A DNA stretch of 52,914 bases from a virus. Its lineage: Duplodnaviria; Caudoviricetes. Position 1 is the stretch's first letter, and each line of letters opens with the position of its first letter. The position numbers and the translations under genes were made by a program. Shown here piece by piece: positions 19,252 through 28,452 of this stretch. The stretch spans positions 1 through 52,914 of IMG/VR virus record IMGVR_UViG_3300009506_000044; one strand, 5' to 3'. The notes beneath the pieces were generated by a model, which made no database searches, was not told the origin of the DNA, and was given only the letters and a program-made list of their open reading frames with translations.

Positions 19252-20085
19252 GTGCTGCTAAAAAAAACCGTATTCAAGGACGGCAGGTTTGAGAATTACC
19301 CGGACATCCCGCTGAAAAACATGGCCACGGTTGACCTGTGTGATGGCGTTTCAGTGGCTCGCGAAGGAGAGTGTTGCCGTATTTACTCCGGGTCCGTGAT
19401 CCGCATCAACAACCAGGAACACGTTGGCGAAAAGATCCTGAGCAATCTCATGGTTATCGAGGCCGGTGGTGCAATTTTCGTCTTCGAAGACGAGGCGGCG
19501 GAGAAAGCCTTTCTGGACATGCCGACGCGGACGGAGGAAAAAGTTGAGCGCATTAGCGATGTGGAGTCAAGGTATTCTCCGGCATCCATCCAGGCATTGA
19601 AACAACGTCACTACAAGCTGTTTTGCGGTAACGGGAAAATGCTTAAAACCAAGCACGGTATAGCCGAGCGCATCGTCAGATACGCTACAATCAAGCTCAA
19701 CTGGGAACGCGCTTGCGTGATGGAGATAATCGAAAAAAGTGGGAAAAGCATCGCGGCATCTGGGAGATTCAAGTTAGACATACCGAAAGCGTTAGTTTTC
19801 CCGGTGTGGCGAGAGAAAAAAGCGCAGAAATATGTTCGTAATGACGCAGAGGAAAAGGGCAAGCATGCCACCATGTCTATAGTTGAGAATGACGTTGGAT
19901 GCGCCATGATATCTCCTTTTATGTACGGACTAAACAATAGAATCGTGGCAATACTTTACGCCGACACTCCAGCGGAAGCGATAGAAGATGCGGCCTATTT
20001 CCTGCTTGATCACGTTTGCCGAGAGATAACACCCAAGTTTGTTGACCTGCTAGACTTCCCGGTCCTCAAGGAAATCGACGTATGA
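19252..20085 (+). CDS. Degenerate FHA + GAF-like protein
   Basis: N-terminal beta region ending INNQ...IEAGGAIFVFE (FHA-like); C-terminal SIV...CAMISPF...IVAILYADT (GAF-like). Confidence 0.55.
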   Translation: MLLKKTVFKDGRFENYPDIPLKNMATVDLCDGVSVAREGECCRIYSGSVIRINNQEHVGEKILSNLMVIEAGGAIFVFEDEAAEKAFLDMPTRTEEKVERISDVESRYSPASIQALKQRHYKLFCGNGKMLKTKHGIAERIVRYATIKLNWERACVMEIIEKSGKSIAASGRFKLDIPKALVFPVWREKKAQKYVRNDAEEKGKHATMSIVENDVGCAMISPFMYGLNNRIVAILYADTPAEAIEDAAYFLLDHVCREITPKFVDLLDFPVLKEIDV

Positions 20086-21164
20086 GGAAGAAAAAACTTG
20101 ATCATCCAGGCATGACGCACGCTCAGATAATACAACGATATTGGGACTCCAGAAAAGAAATAGACGAAGGCGTCCTGGTATTTAACGACAAGGAATGGTT
20201 GGAAGACGTTGTTTTTTCGTGCAACAAAAACTTGCAGGCTAGGCTTTTCCTGTGGTGCGGTGGGGAGGCGTTCGTTATTCTGGCTTATGACTGGTGCTTG
20301 AACAGGTTATGTGTTGTGAAAATACCCCGGCCGGACTTGCCAGAGGTAGCCCAGAAAAGATTTGTAAGGTCAGCCTGCACCCTGGCAAGCCTGAAAAACG
20401 GCTACTTTCCGAAGGTATACTATCTCTCTCCGAATCCCTTTTTCCTCTTGCTCGACTGGACGATCGGTGAGACATTCCGAGCGTGGTCGCTATCGAAATA
20501 CTACGACAGGGATGCGGCAATACAGTATTTTCGGGACGTCTTGATCGGCGCGGCATTGCTGCACGCGGATGGCGTCGTGCATCGCGATATCAGGCCGGAC
20601 AACATCCTGATAACGAAGGACGGCAAAATCAAGATCATCGATTTCGGCATGGCAAAAACAGAGGAATCGCGCAGGCTCACAACCGTTAATGCCCTGGGGA
20701 CATGGGCCTACAGCCCCCCCGAACAACTTACGCACGCTGGCGACGTTGACCAGGCGTCAGCGGATGTCTGGTCGCTGGGGCTGTTGTTCCATTGGGGGAT
20801 AACCAAACGCGAGAAAACAAAAAAAGAGCAGGTGTTCGACCCGTTGACGCTGTTGGATTTCGGGTTGCCGACGCAGGCGTGCGGATGGTTCGGACGTTCT
20901 CAGGCCATCGACCCGCGCGAACGGTTCCAGGATGCCTCCGAAATGCTGGAGGAGTACAACAGGATATTCCCGCCGCCGCTGCCGACGAACGTTCGCGCTA
21001 CGGGTGACGACCTGTATTCGCTGGTGGAGACACTCATGGTCTTGCTGGGCGGGGACATTTTCTATGCCGAGCTTTTCACCAGCAGCTTTCTGAGCGCGAA
21101 ACAACTGCGCCGATTGTGGAACGCCGCGGCCGATAGGAGGGCAATGCAATGCCAATCTTCATAA
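20082..21164 (+). CDS. Hanks-type Ser/Thr protein kinase
   Basis: VVKI, HRDIRPDNI, DFG, YSPPEQ, DVWSLG. Confidence 0.93.
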   Translation: MRKKKLDHPGMTHAQIIQRYWDSRKEIDEGVLVFNDKEWLEDVVFSCNKNLQARLFLWCGGEAFVILAYDWCLNRLCVVKIPRPDLPEVAQKRFVRSACTLASLKNGYFPKVYYLSPNPFFLLLDWTIGETFRAWSLSKYYDRDAAIQYFRDVLIGAALLHADGVVHRDIRPDNILITKDGKIKIIDFGMAKTEESRRLTTVNALGTWAYSPPEQLTHAGDVDQASADVWSLGLLFHWGITKREKTKKEQVFDPLTLLDFGLPTQACGWFGRSQAIDPRERFQDASEMLEEYNRIFPPPLPTNVRATGDDLYSLVETLMVLLGGDIFYAELFTSSFLSAKQLRRLWNAAADRRAMQCQSS

Positions 21165-21937
21165 TTCGCAACGAAAAACCCGGCAAAAAAACGCCGCCTC
21201 CAATCACGGCGATCATGGCCAGGCCCGAGGAAACCGGGGCAATTCTGATCGCGATAAATAAATATCAGGCTCCCGGTCTGGACCTGCGCGGGTGTATCAA
21301 CGACTCGCGGCTAATGGAATCTGTGTTCGTCGATCAATTCGGCATTCCGCCAGCAAACCTGAAAATCCTGCGAAACGAACTTGCCACGCGGAAAAATATC
21401 CTCAATGCCGCCAGAGCCTGGGCGAAGAAATTCCGCTGGCTCGTGCCGCACTACAGCGGACACAGGGCTAGGGTGCCATCCAGCACCGAAGCGGATTATT
21501 TTCAGGGGGCATTCGTCCCGCACGACTACAGGCCGGACGGCACGAACCTGGTGTACGATTGGGAATTCAAGGACGCTCTCCAGGAGGCCGAGAAATGCTG
21601 GCTGATCATAGACGGTTGTTTCGCCGGCGAGATGGCCACCAGAGCGGACGGCGTATTGGTGCGCTCAATAGCGGTCCCGCCACAGCCCCTGACGCGGCAC
21701 AACGGTAATTTTCGGGCGTGTTTCGTCGAGTTGTTGGGCGGCAACGAAACCGAGCCGGTGATTGAAAAACCAATCGAGGGCCGCCAGTACGGGGTATTCT
21801 CGTGGTGGCTGGCGAAACTCTGGCGCGAGAATCCCGGCGCCCCGCTGTCAGTGCTGAAACAGATGCTCGCCGAAAAAATCCACGAACAACACCCGGAGTT
21901 TTACGGCGCCGATGGACAATTTTTGCAGATCGCATAG
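21149..21937 (+). CDS. Metacaspase/orthocaspase (peptidase C14)
   Basis: IAINKY...LRGCIND, ATRKNIL, catalytic dyad HYSGH and IDGC. Confidence 0.88.
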   Translation: MPIFIIRNEKPGKKTPPPITAIMARPEETGAILIAINKYQAPGLDLRGCINDSRLMESVFVDQFGIPPANLKILRNELATRKNILNAARAWAKKFRWLVPHYSGHRARVPSSTEADYFQGAFVPHDYRPDGTNLVYDWEFKDALQEAEKCWLIIDGCFAGEMATRADGVLVRSIAVPPQPLTRHNGNFRACFVELLGGNETEPVIEKPIEGRQYGVFSWWLAKLWRENPGAPLSVLKQMLAEKIHEQHPEFYGADGQFLQIA

Positions 21938-22019
21938 CAACTTTTTTTGTTGCAGTTGTTATATATCAACGACTTACGACAAGTTTCGACTCGAAACTCG
22001 CTAATGGAGGGCCTCGAAT

Positions 22020-24008
22020 ATGGCCGACGCGACCTACAGTATGACCCCGTCAGGGCTTCTTTTTGACGTGGCATTCGGGGCTGCTGAAACGACGAAAACG
22101 ATAGAATTCACGCCGGGCGCATTCCCGAACAATACCTGCCCGGTGATCTATCAAGGATTCTGTAAGATTCCTAACTGGACGAACTCGGTGACGCTGGATG
22201 TCCTGTTCCAGGACGCTACAGAAACTACGATGACATGGGGCAACGAGGATACCGCGTTGACGAAAAACGGTACACGCACGCTCGTTTTCCCAAGCAACGG
22301 AATACCGATTCAGCGTGCGACAAACCTCGTGCTAACCCTAAACGGCGCCCCTGGTGGCACTGGTGGAACGGTAACGTTAGCTCTGGTATGCAAAGGAAAC
22401 GCCGGCGGCGGGAATGTCAGCATCGGTGGCGACGTTGTCCTCGATGCGGACATCAACGTCGCGCAATTCGGCGGCGTGGCCGTCCAGATGGACGACACCG
22501 ACAAGCCAGCGTTTTCCATGTACGGGAAAGCCACGGGTGGTGCATCTGGCGATACACCTCCGCTGCTGGAAACCGACGGCAAAAATATGGCCAGCCTATA
22601 CGCCTACAACGCGGCGGCTGGCGATACCGCACTAACGGCGCAGGCGACCGGTGAGCAAAACATAAATCTCGGCATGATTGCCGGTGTTGCGCCCCAGGTA
22701 GACGATACTGATAAGCTGGGTGTTTCCGTCTATGGCAAAAATGCAGCAGCGGGAGATACCGAAGTAGCTGTAGAATCGGGTGGAGAAACAAAGACATCTC
22801 TATATGCGTATAATGCGGCGGCCGCTGACGTTGCCGTTATTGCCGACGCTGCAGGACAGCTCCAAATCGATGTACAAAAGATAGACGGTGCAGACCCGCA
22901 GCTTGACAACACAAACAAATTAGGCGTGTCCTTGTATGCTAAATCTGTGGCCGCCGGTGACAAAGAGGTACTGGTAGATTCGGACGGACACGTACAGGTT
23001 GATGTATTAAGCACAACTGGCACTGGAGATGTAAACGTCGCGCAGTTCGGTGGGGTAAACGTCCAGCTAGACGATACGGACAAACCGGCAATGAGCATCT
23101 ACGGAAAGAGCGTAGCGTCTGGTGACACAGAAATCAACGTTGAAACCGGCGGAGAGACGAAAGTCTCGCTATACGCTTACAACGCCGCCGCCGCAGATAC
23201 CGCATTGACCGCCCAGGCCACTGGTGAACAGAACGTAAACACCGCGATGATAGCTGGTGTTGCGCCAACAATGGACAACACCAGCTATTTGGGAATCTCT
23301 CTGCATGCGAAAAACGTTGCCGCTGGAGATGTCGCAGTACAAGCTGATGCCGCTGGACAGATTCAAATAGACGTGCAAAAGATCGATGGGCAAGACCCAC
23401 AGATGGATAGCACGAACCGTATCGGAGTATCTCTATATGGCAAGAATGCTGCCGCTGGTGATACAGAGGTACATGTAGACGCCGCTGGAGACGTACAAGT
23501 TGACGTGCTGTCCGATGCAACCGCCGCGACACGTGACGGATACCTCGCAACGTTAGCCGGGGCCGTGTCAGGATCTGAGTTGCAGGTCGATATCGTCGCG
23601 GATGCGACCGCCGCGACACGTGATGGACATCTTGCAACGATTGCGGGGGCCGTATCAGGGTCGGAAATGCAAATCGATATTGTTTCGACCGCGCTTCTTT
23701 CTCCCATCACCACGACCCAGGCCATTATCGACCTGCCGACGAACGCGCAAAATCCATCCGAGATCGATTGCAGTGCGTCGAGTGTGCATTACATCGAGTG
23801 CTACTCGGAGGTGGAATTCCAATACTGTTTTGCCGCCGATCAGGCAACGGCGAACACCAATATCGGGGCTGACACGACGCGAGGAAAATACCCCGCCGGT
23901 ACAGGCACAATATGCGTCAGCGGCGACACGACGAACAAATTTTACGTGCGCGCAAATGACGCGAGCGGCCTGGTAGACGGGTTCTCCTACCACTTCAGGG
24001 GGGCATAA
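22020..24008 (+). CDS. Repetitive fibre/decoration-like structural protein
   Basis: Internal repeats NVAQFGGV, DDTDK, GVSLYGKNAAAGDTEV, ATAATRDG. Confidence 0.6.
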   Translation: MADATYSMTPSGLLFDVAFGAAETTKTIEFTPGAFPNNTCPVIYQGFCKIPNWTNSVTLDVLFQDATETTMTWGNEDTALTKNGTRTLVFPSNGIPIQRATNLVLTLNGAPGGTGGTVTLALVCKGNAGGGNVSIGGDVVLDADINVAQFGGVAVQMDDTDKPAFSMYGKATGGASGDTPPLLETDGKNMASLYAYNAAAGDTALTAQATGEQNINLGMIAGVAPQVDDTDKLGVSVYGKNAAAGDTEVAVESGGETKTSLYAYNAAAADVAVIADAAGQLQIDVQKIDGADPQLDNTNKLGVSLYAKSVAAGDKEVLVDSDGHVQVDVLSTTGTGDVNVAQFGGVNVQLDDTDKPAMSIYGKSVASGDTEINVETGGETKVSLYAYNAAAADTALTAQATGEQNVNTAMIAGVAPTMDNTSYLGISLHAKNVAAGDVAVQADAAGQIQIDVQKIDGQDPQMDSTNRIGVSLYGKNAAAGDTEVHVDAAGDVQVDVLSDATAATRDGYLATLAGAVSGSELQVDIVADATAATRDGHLATIAGAVSGSEMQIDIVSTALLSPITTTQAIIDLPTNAQNPSEIDCSASSVHYIECYSEVEFQYCFAADQATANTNIGADTTRGKYPAGTGTICVSGDTTNKFYVRANDASGLVDGFSYHFRGA

Positions 24009-24010
24009 CG

Positions 24011-24970
24011 ATGGGATGGACACCAAGCACAACGATCCCTACGGACACGATTTCAACGGATGAGATTGCCGCGTACTCCGCCGCCGCTCTGACTCTGAAG
24101 GGCCGGCAGGCGGATGGCGTGGGATGCGTCGGGGTGATAACCGACACGGAAAATACGTTCACGCAAGGGAAATTGCTTTCGATCAGGAACAATACAGCCG
24201 AGAAAGCTTATGTAGATTACGCAGGAAGAATTTTTTCTACGTCTGACGGGGATGGCACGACGCCCGCTCTCGTTTTCGGGAGCGCAAATGTCAACGGATT
24301 TTACCACGCTTCGAATACAATAAAGGCAGTCGCTAACGGAACGACAATAGGAACTTTCAGCAACACAAATTTTCAAATAAACGGCACGCTGCGTCAGCAA
24401 ACAGCAACGGTACCGTTAAAATTGGAGGGGCAGGACGCTAGCGACGGTAGTGCGAAAGCAATCCAGCTTGGCAATGCAAATGCCTTGACGACAGCAGGGG
24501 ACAGGCTGTTGTCTATTTTTAGCGACAGTTTCTCTACGGAGCGGGCCTACGTGAATTATTTGGGAGGAGCCCTGTTTTCCTCCGCAATCGTCGTTAACGA
24601 AGACGGAAACGACGTTGACACGAGGATCGAGGGCAACGGAGACACAAGCCTTCTATATGTTGACGCTGGAGCTGATTCGGTCGGCGTGGGGATCGCCGCG
24701 CCTCTGGCGAAATTGCACGTCGATCAGAGCGTATCCGACGCGGCAATCCCGGTGCTGACGGTAGACCAGGCCGACGTAAGCGAGGAATTCATAAAATTTA
24801 TCGGGACCAGTGCAGGCGACAATACACAATCTCTAGTAGATGCGGCGGATCTAACCACTCCCGGAAGCATCGTCGGTTGGTTGAGGATATACGTGCAAGA
24901 CGACGCTGGCGCCGGGGATATCGCCGATGGGGTTTATTTCGTGCCTTTCTATTCTACCCCGACGGCATAA
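24011..24970 (+). CDS. Tail fibre-like protein
   Basis: LYVDAGADSVGVGIAAPLAKLHV fibre motif. Confidence 0.6.
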   Translation: MGWTPSTTIPTDTISTDEIAAYSAAALTLKGRQADGVGCVGVITDTENTFTQGKLLSIRNNTAEKAYVDYAGRIFSTSDGDGTTPALVFGSANVNGFYHASNTIKAVANGTTIGTFSNTNFQINGTLRQQTATVPLKLEGQDASDGSAKAIQLGNANALTTAGDRLLSIFSDSFSTERAYVNYLGGALFSSAIVVNEDGNDVDTRIEGNGDTSLLYVDAGADSVGVGIAAPLAKLHVDQSVSDAAIPVLTVDQADVSEEFIKFIGTSAGDNTQSLVDAADLTTPGSIVGWLRIYVQDDAGAGDIADGVYFVPFYSTPTA

Positions 24971-24982
24971 AAGGAGAGAAAT

Positions 24983-25321
24983 ATGGCATTCCTGATGACG
25001 GTAACAATCTCTGAGGACATCACTATAACAAATGCGTTCTGGAAACTCGGTGAGGTCAATTTTAATCTTGCGCTTAATACGGGCTCGCTCGTATATTATA
25101 TCTACAAAGATCAGGCGTCTGCAACTGCTCTGAAGCGCAACCGCACCTGCCGTCTAGCCCTGGCGACAGCGGAAGAAGAATCTGGGGGTGTAACATACGG
25201 GCTCAATATTTCGGACGTGTGGGGCAAAACGGTGTCGCAGATAGACACGTTGATGCGCACGAAAACAGTGCAATTTGAAAACAACACCTACGATTTGACA
25301 GGGGCGAGCGATGTCACATAG
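24983..25321 (+). CDS. Hypothetical (fibre-associated) protein
   Basis: RBS AAGGAG; follows the fibre gene. Confidence 0.55.
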   Translation: MAFLMTVTISEDITITNAFWKLGEVNFNLALNTGSLVYYIYKDQASATALKRNRTCRLALATAEEESGGVTYGLNISDVWGKTVSQIDTLMRTKTVQFENNTYDLTGASDVT

Positions 25322-25517
25322 TGATGAGATTTTGAAATTGAAGTCGAAGGGATACGAATATTATTGCGAGGTGACAAGATTGACACAGGAACAGCAGAGG
25401 GCAGAGGCGCGCAAGGCTCAGTGCGTTCGTGCCCTCCAGGAGATCGAAAAACAGATCGCAGACATAGAAGCGCAGGAAAAGCGCAACCCGGACCGGGCAG
25501 AGTGCCCAGCCCGATAA
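25311..25517 (+). CDS. Small coiled-coil protein
   Basis: Heptad-like sequence. Confidence 0.5.
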   Translation: MSHSDEILKLKSKGYEYYCEVTRLTQEQQRAEARKAQCVRALQEIEKQIADIEAQEKRNPDRAECPAR

Positions 25518-25548
25518 ATATTTTCCCCTTTCTTTAGGAGCATAAAGC

Positions 25549-25911
25549 ATGCTAAAATCTACCTTTTTAATCGCGGCGCTGTTGGCCGGCTGCGTGTCGC
25601 TGCCGGACCAGATCGCCGTGCGGTGCTGGTAGATCAGCGAATCTCCGCAGCAGGCCGCTACGCGGACATACGCGCACCTGCGAGAGTTGCAGTATCGCAA
25701 CGTGCAGCGCTGCTACGGAACTATCTACTCTCTGAAACATGGCGCTCATCGGGGCTGGTGGTGTCGTGCCACGAGCGACGATGGCGAGGATATTATAATT
25801 GATCCGGGCGCCAGGTGTGGATTGACGGTCATGAGCGCCGACCTGCACGGCGGTCTCTACGTTGCGCTCTGGACACGCAGCGGGTCTCCGAGCACCGCAA
25901 AATCACAGTAG
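25549..25911 (+). pseudogene. Lipoprotein gene interrupted by an in-frame TAG
   Basis: RBS AGGAG; MLKSTFLIAALLAGC lipobox; TAG at 25630-25632; the same frame stays open to 25911. Confidence 0.6.
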
Positions 25912-25973
25912 GGCATGCTTTATGCTCTGCCCCTCCCATGCTGCGGGAGGGGCCTTTTGAGGTTAAAAATGAA

Positions 25974-26111
25974 ATGGAATGTACGCACTGTGGGATGGTT
26001 TTTCAGGGCGATCCGCCGCCGCCTGATTGCCCTGTGATTTGCGTTTGCGGTGAAGCGTTTTACCCGTTTTGCGCTGATATTATCGAGTTTCCGCATCTGA
26101 TCGGATGGTAA
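25974..26111 (+). CDS. Small Zn-finger-like protein
   Basis: CTHCG...CVCG; GAGG upstream. Confidence 0.45.
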   Translation: MECTHCGMVFQGDPPPPDCPVICVCGEAFYPFCADIIEFPHLIGW

Positions 26112-26147
26112 TATCAGCGAGTGACTGGACACCATCTTCCATACCAC

Positions 26148-26178
26148 GCCGGCCTGGCGCACAGCAGGCCGGTTTTTT
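26148..26178 (+). terminator. Intrinsic terminator of the late operon
   Basis: CCGGCCTG/CAGGCCGG stem followed by T6. Confidence 0.8.
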
Positions 26179-26188
26179 CATTGCGGGA

Positions 26189-26234
26189 AAAAGTAGACAC
26201 GGTGTCTACTTTTCGAAAGTAGACACCGTGTCTA
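26189..26234. repeat. Nested palindrome
   Basis: Perfect 19-bp inverted repeat (26194-26212 / 26216-26234); each arm contains TAGACAC-N-GTGTCTA. Confidence 0.9.
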
Positions 26235-26239
26235 TAGGC

Positions 26240-26267
26240 AAAAAAATACCCTCCGGTATGGAGGGGT
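26240..26267 (-). terminator. Intrinsic terminator of the leftward early operon
   Basis: CCCTCC/GGAGGG stem followed by a T-run on the minus strand. Confidence 0.65.
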
Positions 26268-26291
26268 GGGTGCGTATTGATCAATCCTGGC

Positions 26292-26837
26292 CTAGTCATC
26301 TCGATTGTGCGAGACGCCTAATGGCGGATGTGCAGGTAGGTGCACATCCAGCCGGTTGTAAAGGAAACCGGCTCTACCTTCGAGTCTAACCAGTCGGTCT
26401 GGGGACTCGAATAGAAAAGTAGTTCCGTCCTTTCTGCGGACGGTTCCAATGGCCATGCGGCCTCCTAAGCGGCGGTCTTTATCCGTCTGGTTGTGGATCT
26501 CTCGGATGTCGAACCACATCCGCACCGGCCTGCGCCCATCAATGATCTCCTGGATCTGGCACATGGCCCTCCAGGAGATATAATCTAAAACCTGAGTGTC
26601 CTCGCATGGTGGTTCAATCCCATACGACTCCGCATTAAGCGCCGTCACCGGATCGAGCGTCCAGTGTCCCGGCAGCTCGTCGAGTTCATGGTGAGCCAGC
26701 AGGCAATCGATGGTCTCCTGCTTCGATCCGATGAGCACGTCGTCGTTCCCATCGTTTCCGGTATCCAGCGCCCAAACCTCCTGGCCCTGCATGATTGCAC
26801 GGGCGACTTCCCCACGAGTATGCGACTTGAAATTCAT
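26292..26837 (-). CDS. Hypothetical early protein
   Basis: RBS AAGGGAG; last gene of the leftward operon. Confidence 0.65.
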   Translation of the reverse strand: MNFKSHTRGEVARAIMQGQEVWALDTGNDGNDDVLIGSKQETIDCLLAHHELDELPGHWTLDPVTALNAESYGIEPPCEDTQVLDYISWRAMCQIQEIIDGRRPVRMWFDIREIHNQTDKDRRLGGRMAIGTVRRKDGTTFLFESPDRLVRLEGRAGFLYNRLDVHLPAHPPLGVSHNRDD

Positions 26838-26903
26838 GATATTCTCCCTTCATCTTATATACGCGGCTGCCTGAGATTTTCTGACAGCCGCGCGGAAAAA
26901 AAT

Positions 26904-27278
26904 CTACCGGTCCCACGGCGACGGGACGAACGCCGCCGCCAGCCGCTGCAAACGTGCGCAGGCGACCACCAGCGCATCGTACTCCTGTCGTGTCTGGCAG
27001 GTGATCAGATCACCTCGGTGGGCTACCGAGGTGATCCATTTATGGTACGCCTCACCTGAGCCTTCCGTTTCAGGCGGAGCATAATCGGCCGCCACATCCC
27101 AGCAACGACATCCGTTTTCGTAGTATTCTACGAAAAACAGAGCCCGTTCTGGGCTATCCGGGACTCGCTTTTCCTCCCAGGGCGAGAAAAGCGCGTTCTG
27201 TACTAGATCCACGAAATTTTCGTGGATATCCTCGCCGTCCTTCGACATTTTTTGCGTTTCGTGTAGCGATACCATCAT
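26904..27278 (-). CDS. Hypothetical early protein
   Basis: Start at MMVSLH after an AGGAAGGA RBS. Confidence 0.7.
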   Translation of the reverse strand: MMVSLHETQKMSKDGEDIHENFVDLVQNALFSPWEEKRVPDSPERALFFVEYYENGCRCWDVAADYAPPETEGSGEAYHKWITSVAHRGDLITCQTRQEYDALVVACARLQRLAAAFVPSPWDR

Positions 27279-27313
27279 TAGTTCCTTCCTGGGGGCCGAA
27301 GCCCCCGTAAAAA

Positions 27314-27679
27314 TTACTTTAATGATTTGTAATAAATTTCTTCCAATTGCTTCCAATTCCACCCGCCACACATTCTTAAATCAAATTGAATTCGGCGTGG
27401 GCCTTCTTCAAAATCCGCTCCGTCAAAAATTTCCTGTAGCCATTCATTTTTGAATGGCCCTTCCAAAATCAGTAAATCTATTGGTCTCCCACCGTTTTGC
27501 CCCCAGGTCAATTCGTAGAGGTATCGATATACCTCATTTTTTATAGTTCCGAAGGGAGAGGTTAGTTTCACCTCGAACCCTTCACCAACCAAAAAATGTT
27601 CAGTGCGGGATTTATCTCCCGCTTCAATGTATCTTGCTTCATGCCGCAGCATGATAATACTGTTGCTGTCTTCCATCAT
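27314..27679 (-). CDS. Hypothetical early protein
   Basis: Bounded by two hairpin repeats. Confidence 0.7.
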   Translation of the reverse strand: MMEDSNSIIMLRHEARYIEAGDKSRTEHFLVGEGFEVKLTSPFGTIKNEVYRYLYELTWGQNGGRPIDLLILEGPFKNEWLQEIFDGADFEEGPRRIQFDLRMCGGWNWKQLEEIYYKSLK

Positions 27680-27720
27680 CAATTCCTTTCTGGGGGCCGG
27701 CCCCCGTTGTGGTTATTGCT

Positions 27721-27972
27721 TTAAAAGACGGCGTCAAACTCCGCTTGATCGCCGTCTTCCATCTCTTCCATTTCTTCCGCCAGAGCGTACAGATCAGCCA
27801 GTACTGCCTGGCTGGAGATTTCCTCTTCCGCCATCTCCACCGCCGTGGAGATGTCTTCCGCGCCTTCCGACTTCGCCCAGGAAATCCAGGCGCAACTAAT
27901 CTGTCGCGTCGTATACGGTGGCATCGTCGTAAGGTGCCCGGCTTCAATCAGTCCTTGCATGTTCATGATCAT
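27721..27972 (-). CDS. Very acidic small protein
   Basis: EMAEEEISS...AEEMEEMEDGDQAEFD; RBS lies within the repeat. Confidence 0.7.
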   Translation of the reverse strand: MIMNMQGLIEAGHLTTMPPYTTRQISCAWISWAKSEGAEDISTAVEMAEEEISSQAVLADLYALAEEMEEMEDGDQAEFDAVF

Positions 27973-28004
27973 TTCCTTTCTGGGGGCCGAAGCCCCCGCA
28001 AAAA

Positions 28005-28169
28005 TTACGCCACCAGCGCCGCGACCACCGCGCCGCCATCCTCGGGATCGATCCCACGGTCAGCGCACCAGCGCTGATAATCCGCCTCCATGCAGGCGGA
28101 CATGCAGTTCATCCCGTGGCAGTACGGGCAGCGACCATCATGGTCGCAAAATTGGTCTTGACTGATCAT
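28005..28169 (-). CDS. 54-aa Cys-rich protein (not in ORF track)
   Basis: MISQDQFCDHDGRCPYCHGMNCMSAC...; RBS AAGGAG. Confidence 0.6.
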   Translation of the reverse strand: MISQDQFCDHDGRCPYCHGMNCMSACMEADYQRWCADRGIDPEDGGAVVAALVA

Positions 28170-28249
28170 GATCTACTCCTTATAATATCATTAGAAACAT
28201 TCGAACATCAAGGCCCTGGTTCGCGCCGGGGCCTTACGCTATTACCAGG

Positions 28250-28378
28250 TTAGATCTTGACCTGTTTCTGCGGAACCTGAATCTCGTAGCCTTCGCTTTC
28301 GATCCGGCCCAAAAAACCCTGGATGTCGTCCTTCTCGCCGAACAGGGTCGTCATGATTTTTTCGATCAGCTTTTTCAT
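28250..28378 (-). CDS. 42-aa first early protein (not in ORF track)
   Basis: MKKLIEKIMTTLFGEKDDIQGFLGRIESEGYEIQVPQKQVKI; RBS AAGGAG; directly below the promoter. Confidence 0.6.
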   Translation of the reverse strand: MKKLIEKIMTTLFGEKDDIQGFLGRIESEGYEIQVPQKQVKI

Positions 28379-28423
28379 CTCGTTCTCCTTTTTGGTTTAG
28401 GTTTTTGTTTTCAACGCTATTAT

Positions 28424-28452
28424 ATTATAGCACAAACTGAGCCAAAAGTCAA
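28424..28452 (-). promoter_or_regulatory. Strong sigma70 early promoter
   Basis: TTGACT-17 bp-TATAAT with extended -10 TG. Confidence 0.85.

Larger units (their letters stand above)
27282..28008 (-). repeat. Three dispersed intergenic hairpin-RBS repeats
   Basis: Copies at 27282-27317, 27683-27706 and 27973-28008; minus strand CGGGGGC(TTCG)GCCCCCAGRAAGGAA. Confidence 0.9.

Noticed and set aside
22440-23680. Diversity-generating retroelement TR/VR pair
   Set aside because: No reverse transcriptase; differences between copies are not adenine-specific.
25630-25632. Genome-wide amber recoding
   Set aside because: Core genes such as the capsid gene end normally at TAG, and no suppressor tRNA is seen.
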